Positions 13,164 through 24,940 of a stretch of DNA of 64,000 bases are shown in pieces. Location: positions 1-64,000 of the forward strand of contig NIVC01000097.1 in NCBI GenBank assembly GCA_002269645.1, given 5' to 3'. The translations under genes and the position numbers were made by a program. Every line of letters starts with the position of its first letter. The first letter of the stretch is position 1. Source of the DNA: Macrostomum lignano (Eukaryota). Under the pieces are notes generated by a model. The model had not been told where the DNA came from. It saw nothing but the letters and a program-made list of their open reading frames with translations, and made no database searches.

Positions 13164-13555
13164 CAGGGGTCGGCAAACTTTTTTACCCCAAGGGCCAGAT
13201 AAAGAACCTAGAGCATGACTGCGGTCCGGAGGAAGGAGGAGATTAGAGGGAATAAAAAAGAAAGAAGCGAGATAGGAGAAGGGAGAGGCGAGAGAATAAA
13301 GGAGCAATGAGGAGAGAGGAGAGGAGAGATAAATTTGGCTAGGAGGAGGAAAAAAGAGAGAGAGGGAGAGTAGGAAAGAGAGAGGAGAGGAGAGAGGAGA
13401 GAAGAAGAGGAGAGAGAAGAGAGAAGAGCGCTGAGAAGAGACAAACAACGAGCGGGCCGGATCGCTATTGTGCAGTTTCAAAGGACCGCGAGGGCCGGAT
13501 GAAGAGCCTTGCGGGCCGCATATGTGGCCTGCGGGCCGGAGTCTGCCGACCCCTG
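13164..13555. mobile_element. hAT (Charlie-like) MITE with internal GA-rich tract
   Basis: TIRs CAGGGGTCGGCAAACT / AGTCTGCCGACCCCTG; subterminal GGGCCGG/GCGGGCCG motifs; purine tract 13230-13440; 8-bp TSD not preserved. Confidence 0.75.
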
Positions 13556-13779
13556 GCTCATGTGATGGAAAATAATAAAATAGTTAATAACCTGACTGGT
13601 GTGATGACTCATCAATTTTGAAGCGACAGTCAGACTAGACGGAGAGTTGTTGAAATAGAGTGGCTTGAGTTGAATTTTGTGTTGCGCAACTTGGGTTGCT
13701 GTGTAAGAGGCAAGCGACTAATGTACAGCGTTTTAGTTGATCAACTAGCAATTTACGCCCCCCGTTAGGGAGCCAAAGA

Positions 13780-14770
13780 AATGCAACACACGTTTTTTTA
13801 ATAAGCTACATGTAGCCTTGAAATCTTGAAAAATCTCCTGTCAAACTTCTAACCCTAACCCTAACCCTAACCCTAACCCTAATCCTAACCCTAACCCTAA
13901 AGCATTGAAATTTCAGTAATTCTCTCTAAGAGTCATTATAGCACTACAAAAGCATTATAGCGATTCCCTGCAAGCCTCGACATCGTAGGGATTCCCAAAT
14001 GAATCTCTTAACTACGACATGAAGCTTCTTTTATTTTTTACATTACGCTTTTTTTATCAGCGATCCCTCCCCTGAGGAGGCAACAAATAATGTAATAAAA
14101 AGTTTTAACTTCGGCATGAAGCTTCTTTTATTTTTTACATTATGCTTTTTCTATCAGCGAGCCCTGAGGAGCCAACAAATAATGTAATAAAAAGTTTTCA
14201 ATAAACTACATGTAGCTTCTGACTTTAGCCTTGAAATCTCATTTATACCCCCGTGAGCCTTGACATCTCAGCTATTCCCCCCGTAAGCCTTGACATGTCA
14301 GCGATGGCCCCCATAAACCTTGAAATCTAAAAAATCCCTTGTTAACCTTGAAACCCGATAAAATATAACCCTCAACCCACACCTGACCTAAACCTAACTT
14401 TAACCCAACCTAAAGCCTTGAAATCTCAGCAATTCTTCTCCCCTAAGCCTTGACATTTTAGTGATTCCTTCTTTAAGAATCACAGCACTATAGCGATTCC
14501 CTCCAAGCTTTGACATCGTAGCAATTCCCAAATGAATCTTTTAGCTTCGACATGACTTTTCTTTTATGTATTACATAGTGCTACTTTTGTTTTTTACATG
14601 ACTCTTCTTCTATCAGCGCCCCCCCCCGTGGCGAGCCAACAAAGAATGTAATAAAAAAATTGAGTAAAGTACATGAACTTTGAAGTAGCTTCTGACTTTT
14701 GCTTTGACATCTCAGAAGCCCCCCCGTAATCTCAGTTATTCTCTGTGAGCCTTTACGTCTCAGTTTTTCG
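13780..14770. repeat. Degenerate repeat family with GCCTTGAAATCTCAG / GCCTTGACAT submotifs
   Basis: Recurrent AATAA(A/G)CTACATGTAGC and GCCTTGA(A/C)AT(C)TCAG motifs; internal duplication 14015-14110 vs 14115-14200; related motifs at 15760-15900 and 2696. Confidence 0.55.
13849..13900. repeat. Interstitial telomere-type repeat (CCCTAA)~8
   Basis: CTAACCCTAACCCTAACCC... with one CCTAAT variant; a degenerate counterpart lies at ~14365-14412. Confidence 0.85.
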
Positions 14771-14864
14771 CCCCAGCACAGCATTACTGCTGCATTTAAC
14801 TTTTACATGCCACCCTTCATGTCTGACATGACGCTTCTTTTATTCTACCATGATGCTTCTTAAT

Positions 14865-15130
14865 TTTTTAAATGACACTTTCATTAGTTTTTAAATGACG
14901 CTTCTACGATTTTTTCATGACGCTTCTATGATTTTTTCATGACGCTTCTATGATTTTTTACATGACGCTTCTATGATTTTTTACATGACGCTTCTATTAT
15001 TTTTTACATGACGCTTCTATGATTGTTTACATGACGCTTCTATGATTGTTTATATGACGCTTCTATGCTTTTTACATGACGCTTCTATGATTGTTTATAT
15101 GACGCTTCTATGCTTTTTACATGACGCTTA
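14865..15130. repeat. ~23-bp minisatellite CATGACGCTTCTATGATTTTTTA
   Basis: About 10 tandem units. Confidence 0.85.
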
Positions 15131-16670
15131 TCCTTTCAAGCACAAACTCTTAGAGCATATCGTCATTGGCCTGGGCATATTCTGGTCCGCAGCAGGAGCT
15201 CAATATGCCAATCCCAGACGGCCTTTGACACCCCTCTTTATTAGCCTAACTCAAAGAATCAAACCTTTAATAAATACGCTGGTATTTCCTATCAGCAGAA
15301 TTCAGCATCACTTGTGTGTACTTTTCATTATCTGAATTAAATGAGCTACTTGAGCTGTACTACTTGAGGATCTGACAATCGCTCAACAACCTAACCCCCT
15401 GGAGGAGCTCCGTCTGCACATCTCACATCTTTAAATCTATGAAATGATCCTCCAGACCAGACAATATGATCTATATGTCTGGAGGAACTACCTTAGCAGT
15501 TTGCAGTTTGTCCCCTTTGCAGTCTGTGATGATCCTTTTGACAATCTGCAGTTCTTCTGTCGGCCGGCTCCTCAGTCTCCTGCTTAGCAAACTGCAATGA
15601 TATTTTCAACAATAAAAATTTGCTAACAGTTTAGTACGACTCATTAATCGATTTTCGATACATATCGGCAGTTTTTTGCACAAATCAGCATTAAGTAATA
15701 CCTTCATTCCTAAATAGCAAGCATCCTCCAAAAGAAAGCAATCGCAGCATCTCCCCCCGTCAACCTTGTAATCTCAGCACTTCCCCCATAAGCCTTCGAT
15801 TCTTCCAGTAAGCCATGGCATATCAGCAATTCCCCATGGGCCTTGAAATCTCAGAAATTGGCCCAAAAAGCCATGACATCTCAGCAATTCCTGAGATATG
15901 CCCACAACAACCTGAAATTATCCCTTCTAATCCCACAAAACAGACTGCAGTCATTATCTTAGCAGCCTGGAGTTATCCCCTTGCAGTCTATAACTTTCAT
16001 TAACATTAAGCATTTATCTCCCCTCAGCAGCCTAGAACTGTCCCGTCAGCAAACCACAATAATCCACTCAGCAGTCCACAGTAATCCCCTAAACAACCTG
16101 CACTTAATCACTTAAACTGTACAGTTTTGAAACTGATGTCTTGCTATCCTATCTTCTCTGAGAGTTGTCTTGCTCAGAAGTCTACCAATCCTCCAAGCAG
16201 CCCCCTCAGCAGTTTTCAGCTATAGGCTTATAAGTCTGGAGGAACTACCTCAGCAGTTTTCAGTTTGTCCCCTTTGCAGTCTGCAGTTCTCCTCTCGGCC
16301 GGCTCTTCAGTATCCTCAGCAAAATGAAATAAAGGATCCTTTTAAGAATAAGATTTTTTCAGCATTTATTACGGTTCACTAATCAATTTTCGATACAAAT
16401 CGGCAGTTTTTTTTCACAATTCAGCCTTCATTTTAACAATAAATTTAGCAGCTTAGCAATTTGATACTTTCATGGAGCTAGGCAGTACCCATTGCTGCGA
16501 TGAGTAATACGCGAAGCAGTTTTTTACAAATCAAATTTGCTTAGTAAATTTGAATTATTTTGTATGGCAAAACTTATTCATTAAGTGTGTCTTGCGAATT
16601 CAACAAAAATATTTCTATTAGTTGAGCCCGAAGCTATATATAAATGAATAAATTAATTTAATTTTAATCA

Positions 16671-16753
16671 TCCGCCGAGGAGGCAGACTCGAACCTTGGA
16701 CCTTACGCCTAGCCTAAACCTAGTCCTAGTGCGTACACTGCGGCTATTCCGCC
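16671..16753 (-). other. tRNA-derived (SINE-head-like) Pol III promoter remnant
   Basis: Minus strand GGCGGAATAGCCGCAGTG (A-box-like) ... GGTTCGAGTCT (B-box-like); no acceptor-stem pairing, so not an intact tRNA. Confidence 0.3.
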
Positions 16754-17752
16754 TACTGATGGGAGGACGCAAAAATCAGCCATATATGCTTCGGCACTGC
16801 AGTCAAATACATAGCAGTGATAGGCTGCTCAGTGTGCACAGGTTGTGTGCAGGCAGAGCCAATGCACAGTTGAGTGAAATCTATAAATAGCAATTGTCTA
16901 TGCAGTCCGCCAGTCAGCCAGGGTCAGAATGTACACACACAGCCACTGAGCATTTCCTCTCACTTATTGCAACCTTTGGAATTGAGGCGTACACAGTGAA
17001 CAGAGAAAAGTTGTGGCGCAATCTTAATTGGAATTGAAATTCAGTTAGTGAGATTTTGACCTTTTTAGCTTTCCATTGAAAGCATTAGGAAAACTCGTTT
17101 TTAGAATATTTAACCAACTTCCCATTCGAATTTTCAATGCAGTTTCACCCACACAATCTCACAAGAATTTTGAGTTGAATAAAGCAAGTTTGAAAAAAAT
17201 CGGTTCAGGCATTCAGGCTGTGGACTGGAATACCGGTCAGACAGACAAACGGACAGATCTTAGAGATTTAGTATATTGTGATGACTGGCCCTCGCGTTAT
17301 TAACTTTTTTCGCTGAATTTGAAAATTTTCTAAGTTAGCTGAGACTTCAAGTGATCACAGAAAAAGTTAGAAGTTCTGTGTGGTCAAACGATTCGTGTGA
17401 TTTGGTCTTTCATTTTATTGCAGTGTGAATGAGCCTTAACTCTCAGTAGTTATTATAAGACGCTACGCTTTACAATGTTTCACACATTCTAATCTAGGTC
17501 CGAGTGTTGCCTTGGATGGCTACAGAAAAAAGATTAGAAATTTCAGGTAAAAATTTGAGTAGAACTCCTCCAAAACAGAATCAAAATTAACAAACTAACC
17601 TATAGGATTTAAAAGAGCCCTAGCAAAAAAGGATCCGTTAACTTACAGCTAAATTTGAGTCCGAGTAACCTATGTACACAGATGATCTGCCATTCTGTTC
17701 TCAGTGACGCCAGGAAGCTTGGTGTGGCAAAAGACGCGACTAAACGTGGACG

Positions 17753-18784
17753 TGGGATAGGGCCAACAAGCAAGGGGAAAAGCAGGGACTATTATGTCAA
17801 CTTAAGCTAAGTGACCTTAGCGTTTGCTAGAAAGCAATTTGACTATACTCATATTACTGTATGTTTTTTAATCTCACGGTTGTTAAAGGGCGACGAGCAC
17901 AATTTCGGCTGGATCTGTTTGGAATGGATTGTCCGGGTAGCAAAATGCGCGTGTCATCTATTCTGCTCCAGCCGCTCTCAGTCTAACGCCGCAGGTATAG
18001 CGACCTTCGCGTATGTTAGTGCCTGATGGGAGACTGCAAAACCGGAAACCTATGCTAAGTAGTATCGTCGCAGTCTTTGTTGAGCTGGATGCGGTTCGCA
18101 ATCTTTTGACCGTTCCATAGTGTGCGATCGAAGTTCAGCAGAGTCATGCGGCCAGGCAGCACAAGCACAAGGACCACTAGGAACACTTTGTAATATAATG
18201 ACGCTACATTCCTCGTTACATATCCAGAACTGAGATGCCTAGGTCAGCTACTGCAGCATCCACAGGTGACTGAGGTGACAGACCAGCTAATTCTAATGCT
18301 TCCTAAACTTGATTTTGATGTTAAGAGGGACAGGGTTTGTCAGCATATACATGTACCCAACACTGCTTATGAACCACTATTTTACTATGCTAAATTTGTT
18401 AAAAGAATTTTATACATTTATACAAGCATTTTTGCTTGGTTTTGTGATTTAGTTTTCCCTTTTCTTTGTTCTATATTGTTTTATCACTTTGCAACACTGT
18501 TCGATCGACAATTAAAATTTGCTCAATATAGTTATTAACAACTCCTCAATTTTGTGGCGGACAGACTGCTTATTATAAGTTTAGCTATAAGCAAATAAAC
18601 TCGATACAAGTTTGCTTGCTTGCTAAATTCTACTACCACTCACAAGCCCTTCAATTTACAGATTATAGAGAACAGAATGTTAAAACAAGAGTACATTGAA
18701 GCGATTCGAGCGTATTGGAGAAAATGAATTTTAAGTTGACATAAGAGCCGCTAATTATCCCATTGCTTGTTCACCCCCTATCCA
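17753..18784. mobile_element. ~1 kb non-autonomous element with ~50-bp imperfect TIRs just upstream of gene A
   Basis: TGGGATAGGGCCAACAAGCAAGGGGA...TTATGTCAACTTAA (17753-17805) vs rc of TTAAGTTGACATAAG...CATTGCTTGTTCACCCCTATCCA (18731-18784). Confidence 0.55.
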
Positions 18785-19108
18785 AATTCCAAATTAGTGC
18801 AAAGATTCAAATCAATTCATGATGTATTGCAAAGAAGCTGGTTAGACTTGGTTAGAATAATTCTATCAAAAGCGATGTAATTTAAAATTCCTCTCAACCA
18901 GCTCTTGTACTTGCTCAGACGCCCCGTGTACAGTTACAGTGAGACGCATTTCAGTAACACAGAAAGGAGCTTTTGCCAAAGACAAACGAAGCAAAGGCTT
19001 CAATATAGGCACGTAAATCAAAAGGATCAGCTTAAGCGATACTTCGTACCGTTTTAGCGGTGAAACGAAAGCGTAGCTTACACTTGAATAATCGGCTCAC
19101 AAATCAAA

Positions 19109-19677
19109 ATGCACTCGAACACTTATCCAAGATGCTGGAAGGTTCTGTCTGCCATCGCTCTCCTAATACTGGTGCATCAGATTGAGCTCAGCTGCTCGAC
19201 AAGCCCCTGCATTACTCAGCTCGACTTGGTGGTCGCAGTGGACACATCGTCTTCATGCTCTCAAAAGCAGTTCGACAGGCTGCTCTCAGAGGTGAAGGCC
19301 TTGGTCTCTAAATTTCCAATCGGTCCGACAAAAACTCGACTGGCTCTGATCGGCATGTCGCAGACTGCGCAGGTTCTCGCCAACTTCGACGACGTGACGT
19401 CTCTGTCGGACTTTAACTCTGCGGTCGACAGGCTGACGATGAGTTCCGAACGAGCCGAAATCTCGAAGGGCATCAAGCTGGCTCGGGAGTCCGTGCTCAA
19501 CAAGGCCAGGGCTGCTCCGACTCCAAGACTCTTAGCTCTGGTAAAGGACAGGCAGTGCGCTGAGAGAATAACGGGATCGAGCGACGCGGAACTGGCTTCG
19601 ATTGAGTCGGAAGTCGCAGCCGCGCGGTCGATGGAAAGCGCAGTGCACGCAGTCGGAATCGGCGGGTTGTGGAACAG
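19109..19677 (+). CDS. VWA-family gene A exon 1: signal peptide + VWA domain 1
   Basis: Hydrophobic N-terminus (VLSAIALLILVHQ), LDLVVAVDTSSS (DxSxS), FPIGPTKTRLALI, VHAVGIG; donor AACAG|GTGAGA, phase 2. Confidence 0.85.
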
Positions 19678-19985
19678 GTGAGACTGAGACGAATTTTTTT
19701 CGCGACTTTGCTTGAAAATCGTGTTTTAATGAGATTAGCTACACTTGCTCGTAGTATTTTTATAGTTTTCATACAGGTCACAATCTAACTGTAGCAGCCG
19801 TTGAATATGGTACCCAATACGTCATTTTCCAACCTGGAATGGGTGACAATTATGTTGGTTTGCAAGCGCAAGCTTGAATATCATCGTAAAAAAACATGAG
19901 GCGATGCTTTGAGATTCTTTATTAGAAGTCGCAAATGCCACGCGTTCAACACTGCTTAGCGTTTGACCTCGACTTGTATTTTCAG

Positions 19986-20239
19986 TAAGGAGCTGAAGGC
20001 CGTCTTTGGAACCAACTTCCTGCTTTTCAAGAACACGAACAAGGCTATGGAGTCCATCAAGTCTTTAAATTATAAAATGTGTCTTCCAACAACCTGCAAA
20101 CACTCGGGACGGACAAATAAGAGAGAAGCCTGCATTGGATGGGGGCTTCAAGAATTTACGTTCAATGTTGCTGCCGCTCTCACTTCGTCTGGCATGGGAG
20201 TCTGCAGACAGCAGATCGAGAGGTCATTAGTGGAGTGTG
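19986..20239 (+). CDS. Gene A exon 2: end of VWA1 + Cys-rich linker
   Basis: Acceptor TTTTCAG|, donor TGTG|GTGAGT; phases 2/1 fit; same 254-nt length as gene B exon 2. Confidence 0.8.
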
Positions 20240-21562
20240 GTGAGTTGGGAAAACTAAAATCTCGATTATTAGAATGCGCATTTTTGTTGGGCAAAAGTGA
20301 GATCGACATAGTCAAAATTCAGCGTGTGACTAAAGAAGTGAGTTGGATTTAGTCCCGTATCGATGTGCCATAGACAATGGATTTGATTTATAGTCAGTTT
20401 GAAAGTTGAGAAATAATGGAAATAGGAAAGTTTAGCCAACGTTGCTTGGATTTAGTCAGAGGAAAATGAAGCTACAGATGCGTAGAATGTAGAATATGTA
20501 TATGTAGAACACAATAATGAAAAACAAGCATATAAAAAACAAGCAGAATGGATATGCAACGAGAGCTGCGGGCTCCATTGCAAATTCAGCGAACAGCTTG
20601 CGAGTCATGCCTCCTCGCACAAAAGGCATGTGCATAAGACCACGTGTTGGGCTTGCAGCCAAACAAATCGACCACGTTGTCTTGTACCTGTACAGAGCGC
20701 GTTCCTTCAGGCGCACGGCCTTGTATTCCAGCTGGCCATTTGTTGCAGCCCATTTTGTCGCAGAACACCAGGAGCTTACCGAATCCTTCCATCAATAGCC
20801 TTTCAGCGAGCTGCCACTGATCCAGTTTAATACGGTTTTTGTTCCATGAATTTGGAATTTTAAGTAGAAGCTTCAACATTATGAGATGTCCATCCAAAGC
20901 TCGGCTAATGGTCTGTATTTCATTGAGAAATTGCCGCATGTCATCAGGTACATCAGCGATAAATTGTATGAGGGCATCGGTTTTGTCGTCGCGCTTTAAA
21001 GCCTGAATTTAAAACTCTTCATAGTTCACGATGACGTTCCTGGCCGATCGACGTAGTATATTCAATTGCCTTGCGAGCTGGAGCTAGTCTACGTTGCTAA
21101 CAAACGAATTCACAGCCTTTCACAAGTCTTCAAAATGGCAAATCATCTCTGCCCGTTCGCAACTGCCATGAACTTTATTAATTTCACTTTGGATTAGATC
21201 TAACCAAGGAGTTCTATAATTAGCAATCTGGAGTGGAAACAAGTTTTTCATTTTACCTCAGGAGGCCAGACTAGCACAGGCAGAGTCAGACAGAGTCATG
21301 GACATTCACTGCTAGATCCTTATCTTAACAATATGCGTGGCCTCGTGAGGTAAAACTCGTTTTCATTAGATTGCTAATTAGATGTCTTCTTGATCTAACT
21401 TACAAAGCGAGCAGACAAAGTCTGCGGACTAAATATATTTCAATAGTGGACCGCAGTAGTCTATATTCAATCAATTTAGGACTAAATCCCACCCCCTACC
21501 TTCTCTCGGTCAACGCTGCACTTCGACTGTCTATCTTCTTTTGCCCTGCTAAAATTTATAAG

Positions 21563-21679
21563 GTCCAACTGAATCAAAGGGCGAGAAGACCTGCTACAAA
21601 ATGGAGCGAAGCATCGGCTCATGCCAAGATGACGGCAATTTGAACATCATGGAGACACTGCAGTTCTTCGAGTCAGTCA
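21563..21679 (+). CDS. Gene A exon 3 (3' end deleted; runs into (TCAG)n)
   Basis: PTESKGEKTCYKMERSIGSCQDDGNLNIMETLQFFE is homologous to gene B exon 3. The end coordinate assumes the first in-phase GTCAGT in the repeat (21680) acts as donor. Confidence 0.6.
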
Positions 21680-22826
21680 GTCAGTCAGTCAGTCAGTCAG
21701 TCAGTCAGTCAGTCAGTCAGTCAGTCAGTCAGTCAGTCAGTCAGTCAGTCAGTCAGTCAGTCAGTCAGTCAGTCAGTCAGTCAGTCAGTCAGTCAGTCAG
21801 TCAGTCAGTCAGTCAGTCAGTCAGTCAGTCAGTCAGTCAGTCAGTCAGTCAGTCAGTCAGTCAGTCAGTCAGTCAGTCAGTCAGTCAGTCAGTCAGTCAG
21901 TCAGTCAGTCAGTCAGTCAGTCAGTCAGTCAGTCAGTCAGTCAGTCAGTCAGTCAGTCAGTCAGTCAGTCAGTCAGTCAGTCAGTCAGTCAGTCAGTCAG
22001 TCAGTCAGTCAGTCAGTCAGTCAGTCAGTCAGTCAGTCAGTCAGTCAGTCAGTCAGTCAGTCAGTCAGTCAGTCAGTCAGTCAGTCAGTCAGTCAGTCAG
22101 TCAGTCAGTCAGTCAGTCAGTCAGTCAGTCAGTCAGTCAGTCAGTCAGTCAGTCAGTCAGTCAGTCAGTCAGTCAGTCAGTCAGTCAGTCAGTCAGTCAG
22201 TCAGTCAGTCAGTCAGTCAGTCAGTCAGTCAGTCAGTCAGTCAGTCAGTCAGTCAGTCAGTCAGTCAGTCAGTCAGTCAGTCAGTCAGTCAGTCAGTCAG
22301 TCAGTCAGTCAGTCAGTCAGTCAGTCAGTCAGTCAGTCAGTCAGTCAGTCAGTCAGTCAGTCAGTCAGTCAGTCAGTCAGTCAGTCAGTCAGTCAGTCAG
22401 TCAGTCAGTCAGTCAGTCAGTCAGTCAGTCAGCCACTCACTCACTCAAGTCAGTCAGTCAGTCAGTCAGTCAGTCAGTCAGTCAGTCAGTCAGTCAGTCA
22501 GTCAGTCAGTCAGTCAGTCAGTCAGTCAGTCAGTCAGTCAGTCAGTCAGTCAGTCAGTCAGTCAGTCAGTCAGTCAGTCAGTCACTCAAGTCAGTCAGTC
22601 AGTCAGTCAGTCAGTCAGTCAGTCAGTCAGTCAGTCAGTCAGTCAGTCAGTCAGTCAGTCAGTCAGTCAGTCAGTCAGTCAGTCAGTCAGTCAGTCAGTC
22701 AGTCAGTCAGTCAGTCAGTCAGTCAGTCAGTCAGTCAGTCAGTCAGCCACTCACTCACTCAAGTCAGTCAGTCAGTCAGTCAGTCAGTCAGTCAGTCAGT
22801 CAGTCAGTCAGTCAGTCAGTCAGCCA
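21672..22826 (+). repeat. (TCAG)n microsatellite ~1.15 kb, gene A intron 3
   Basis: Pure array with CCACTCACTCACTCAAG / CACTCAAG interruptions. Confidence 0.98.
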
Positions 22827-22847
22827 GCAAGCATGTCTATTTTTCAG

Positions 22848-23328
22848 CCGAAGCAAGAGTCTGCAGAGACCAAGTCGCAGATGTGATAATACTGCTGGAT
22901 AAATCCGGTTCACTTGAGAAGGAATACTCCATGCTTTCGGAGTCTGCGAATATATTAATTAATCCGCTTCAGATAGGAAAGAAAAGCATTCAACTCGGAG
23001 TTTATTCTTTCAATGAAGATTTTTTTACAATAGTGGAATTTGGGGATGAGTTTAATAAAAAGAAAATTCAGGAAAAAGTTAAACGCGAGAAAAAGAAATC
23101 TGGACATTCGGGCACGCATACCCACCAGGCGATTGACAAAATCAGAAATATTCTGCAATCGAAAGGCCGACCAAACGTCTTAAAAGCTGTTATTATCATC
23201 ACGGATGGAGGGAGCGGGGATGAAACCGCGACGTGGAAGGCAGCGACGAATATCAAAAAGGTCGGCGTCACGCTGTATGCGGTAGGAGTCGAGGGAAAAC
23301 GTGACATCGGCACGCGTGCCATAAATAA
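22848..23328 (+). CDS. Gene A exon 4: VWA domain 2
   Basis: DVIILLDKSGS (DxSxS), THTHQAI, KAVIIITDG, GVTLYAVGV; acceptor TTTTTCAG|, donor AATAA|GTAAGT. Confidence 0.85.
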
Positions 23329-23811
23329 GTAAGTCTTTTTACACTGATTTCAAACTACTGCTCCATGTTTTGCTGAGCAGGGAGTTTACAGCAGTGGTAG
23401 TTTGGCCAATGCAAACATTGGCACCAAGAGCTGCCGGTTTTAGGTGATGTTTAGGGAAATTTATAAAAATCAATTCTGCAATATTCAGTTTAGGATACCT
23501 CTGATGATATGCTCAAAATGTTTTGATATTTTTTTGGTTCATCATTGTTTCATACAAGATGGTTTACAGTTATTTTACCGAAGGAAACAATTGAAAGCTG
23601 TATTAATGCTGGCAGGCTCTTTAAATGGGTTTATATTTTGCTTGCATCAAAACAGCGCGCCTCTTAAAAGTTAAGGCAGTACAGTTACTCGTCATATGGG
23701 TGGAAAGCGTCTTTGGTAGTGTTTCTTGAGTTTAGTCATGCACTGGATTTAAGATTCAAAAGTACATACTGTGCTTATATCTCGTGGTAACAACACATCT
23801 TGCAACAACAG

Positions 23812-24089
23812 GGACGAGCTGGAGATGATGACGGCGCCAGAGTCAGATAAAAACGTTTTCATTTTGGATGATATTAAGAAGATGAAGCATTGGGCTAAAA
23901 ACTTCTCAGAGCGGCTCTGCATGGAGTTGGAACCGCCGAGCCCAAAGTTGTGCGACGCTGATGTTGAGATCAAGTCCCTCAAATCGAACTGTAGGGTTGA
24001 AAAAATTCAAACCGCTACGGTAAACTTCAAGTACGACACAGCTAAAAAGTGCATCAAGCATTTTAGAGCCGAGATACTTGAAGGTTGCA
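23812..24089 (+). CDS. Gene A exon 5: end of VWA2 + Cys-rich segment
   Basis: DELEMMTAPESDKNVF...ERLCMELEPPSPKLC...EGC; AG/GTAAGT boundaries; homologous to 32417-32691. Confidence 0.8.
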
Positions 24090-24287
24090 GTAAGTTGCTC
24101 AGGAATTGCTTAAGTTTGCTCAAGAGTTTTTTTCATCTTCGCATGAAAATTCCGAAGAACGAGTCTCGCTTAGAAGACATAGCAGCCTCAAATAACAGTG
24201 GTCATAAACTGCTAGAAAATAATTCTTAAACATTGAGTGCACCATGCTCAGCCATTTAAACACTTGAACGCCAAACCAAACTTGTAG

Positions 24288-24437
24288 AGACCATCTGCGT
24301 CGACCCGATTGACGGCAGCGACCACCTGGAAGGCGAGACTTGGACGAACATGTGCCACGAGTTTCGCTGCCTTTCCCGCAAAACAATCCTGCCAACAACA
24401 CAAAAACAACAGAGTACGCTGCCAACCACTGTTAAGA
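24288..24437 (+). CDS. Gene A exon 6: Cys-containing module
   Basis: TICVDPIDGSDHLEGETWTNMCHEFRCL...PTTVK; TGTAG| acceptor, |GTAAGT donor; phase 1/1. Confidence 0.75.
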
Positions 24438-24462
24438 GTAAGTCTGGGACCGCTTTTCTTCA

Positions 24463-24740
24463 GTCACTGCATGTGTGCATGTCTGCCAGCCCTCCCTCAG
24501 TCACTGCATGTGTGCCAGCCCTCCCTCAGTCACTGCATGTGTGCCAGCCCTCCCTCAGTCACTGCATGTCTGCCAGCCCTCCCTCAGTCACTGCATGTCT
24601 GCCAGCCCTCCCTCAGTCACTGCATGTGTGCCAGCCCTCCCTCAGTCACTGCATGTCTGCCAGCCCTCCCTCAGTCACTGCATGTCTGTCAGGCCTCCCT
24701 CAGTCACTGCATGTCTGCCAGCCCTCCCTCAGTCACTGCA
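24463..24740 (+). repeat. 29-bp minisatellite CCTCCCTCAGTCACTGCATGTCTGCCAGC, gene A intron 6
   Basis: About 9 tandem units; the same unit is inverted at 31530-31915. Confidence 0.95.
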
Positions 24741-24797
24741 CCCGGCCAGCTCCGCAACAATCCAGTTGCTAGGCAGTCCACCACTCGCCCATTCCAG

Positions 24798-24940
24798 AAT
24801 GCGTGGCTGCCGACTTCAGCTGCAAGCCGATTGGCGCGGCGCCGTTTCGCTGCAGAAACATCGACGGCGAGGAGAGAGAAAACTGCCAGTGCATCGACAA
24901 GGACGGCGAGGCCGTGCTGGTGGTCGACAACCCCAACTGA
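24798..24940 (+). CDS. Gene A exon 7: Cys-rich C-terminus to stop
   Basis: CVAADFSCKPIGAAPFRCRNIDGEERENCQCIDKDGEAVLVVDNPN*; acceptor CCCATTCCAG|, phase 1. Confidence 0.7.

Larger units (their letters stand above)
11702..17436. mobile_element. Harbinger-like left and right ends 5.7 kb apart with TAA flanks (possible composite element)
   Basis: TAA|AGGCCCATTCACAC at 11699-11715 and GTGTGAATGAGCCT|TAA at 17423-17439; both align with the halves of the 9259-9371 MITE. Confidence 0.4.

Noticed and set aside
16671-16753. Functional tRNA gene
   Set aside because: A- and B-box-like motifs are present, but the 5' and 3' ends do not pair and no cloverleaf forms.
21601-22902. 433-aa SVSQ ORF as a standalone protein
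   Set aside because: It is exon-3 sequence plus a stop-free microsatellite and ends out of frame with VWA2; treated as an exon/intron junction issue.
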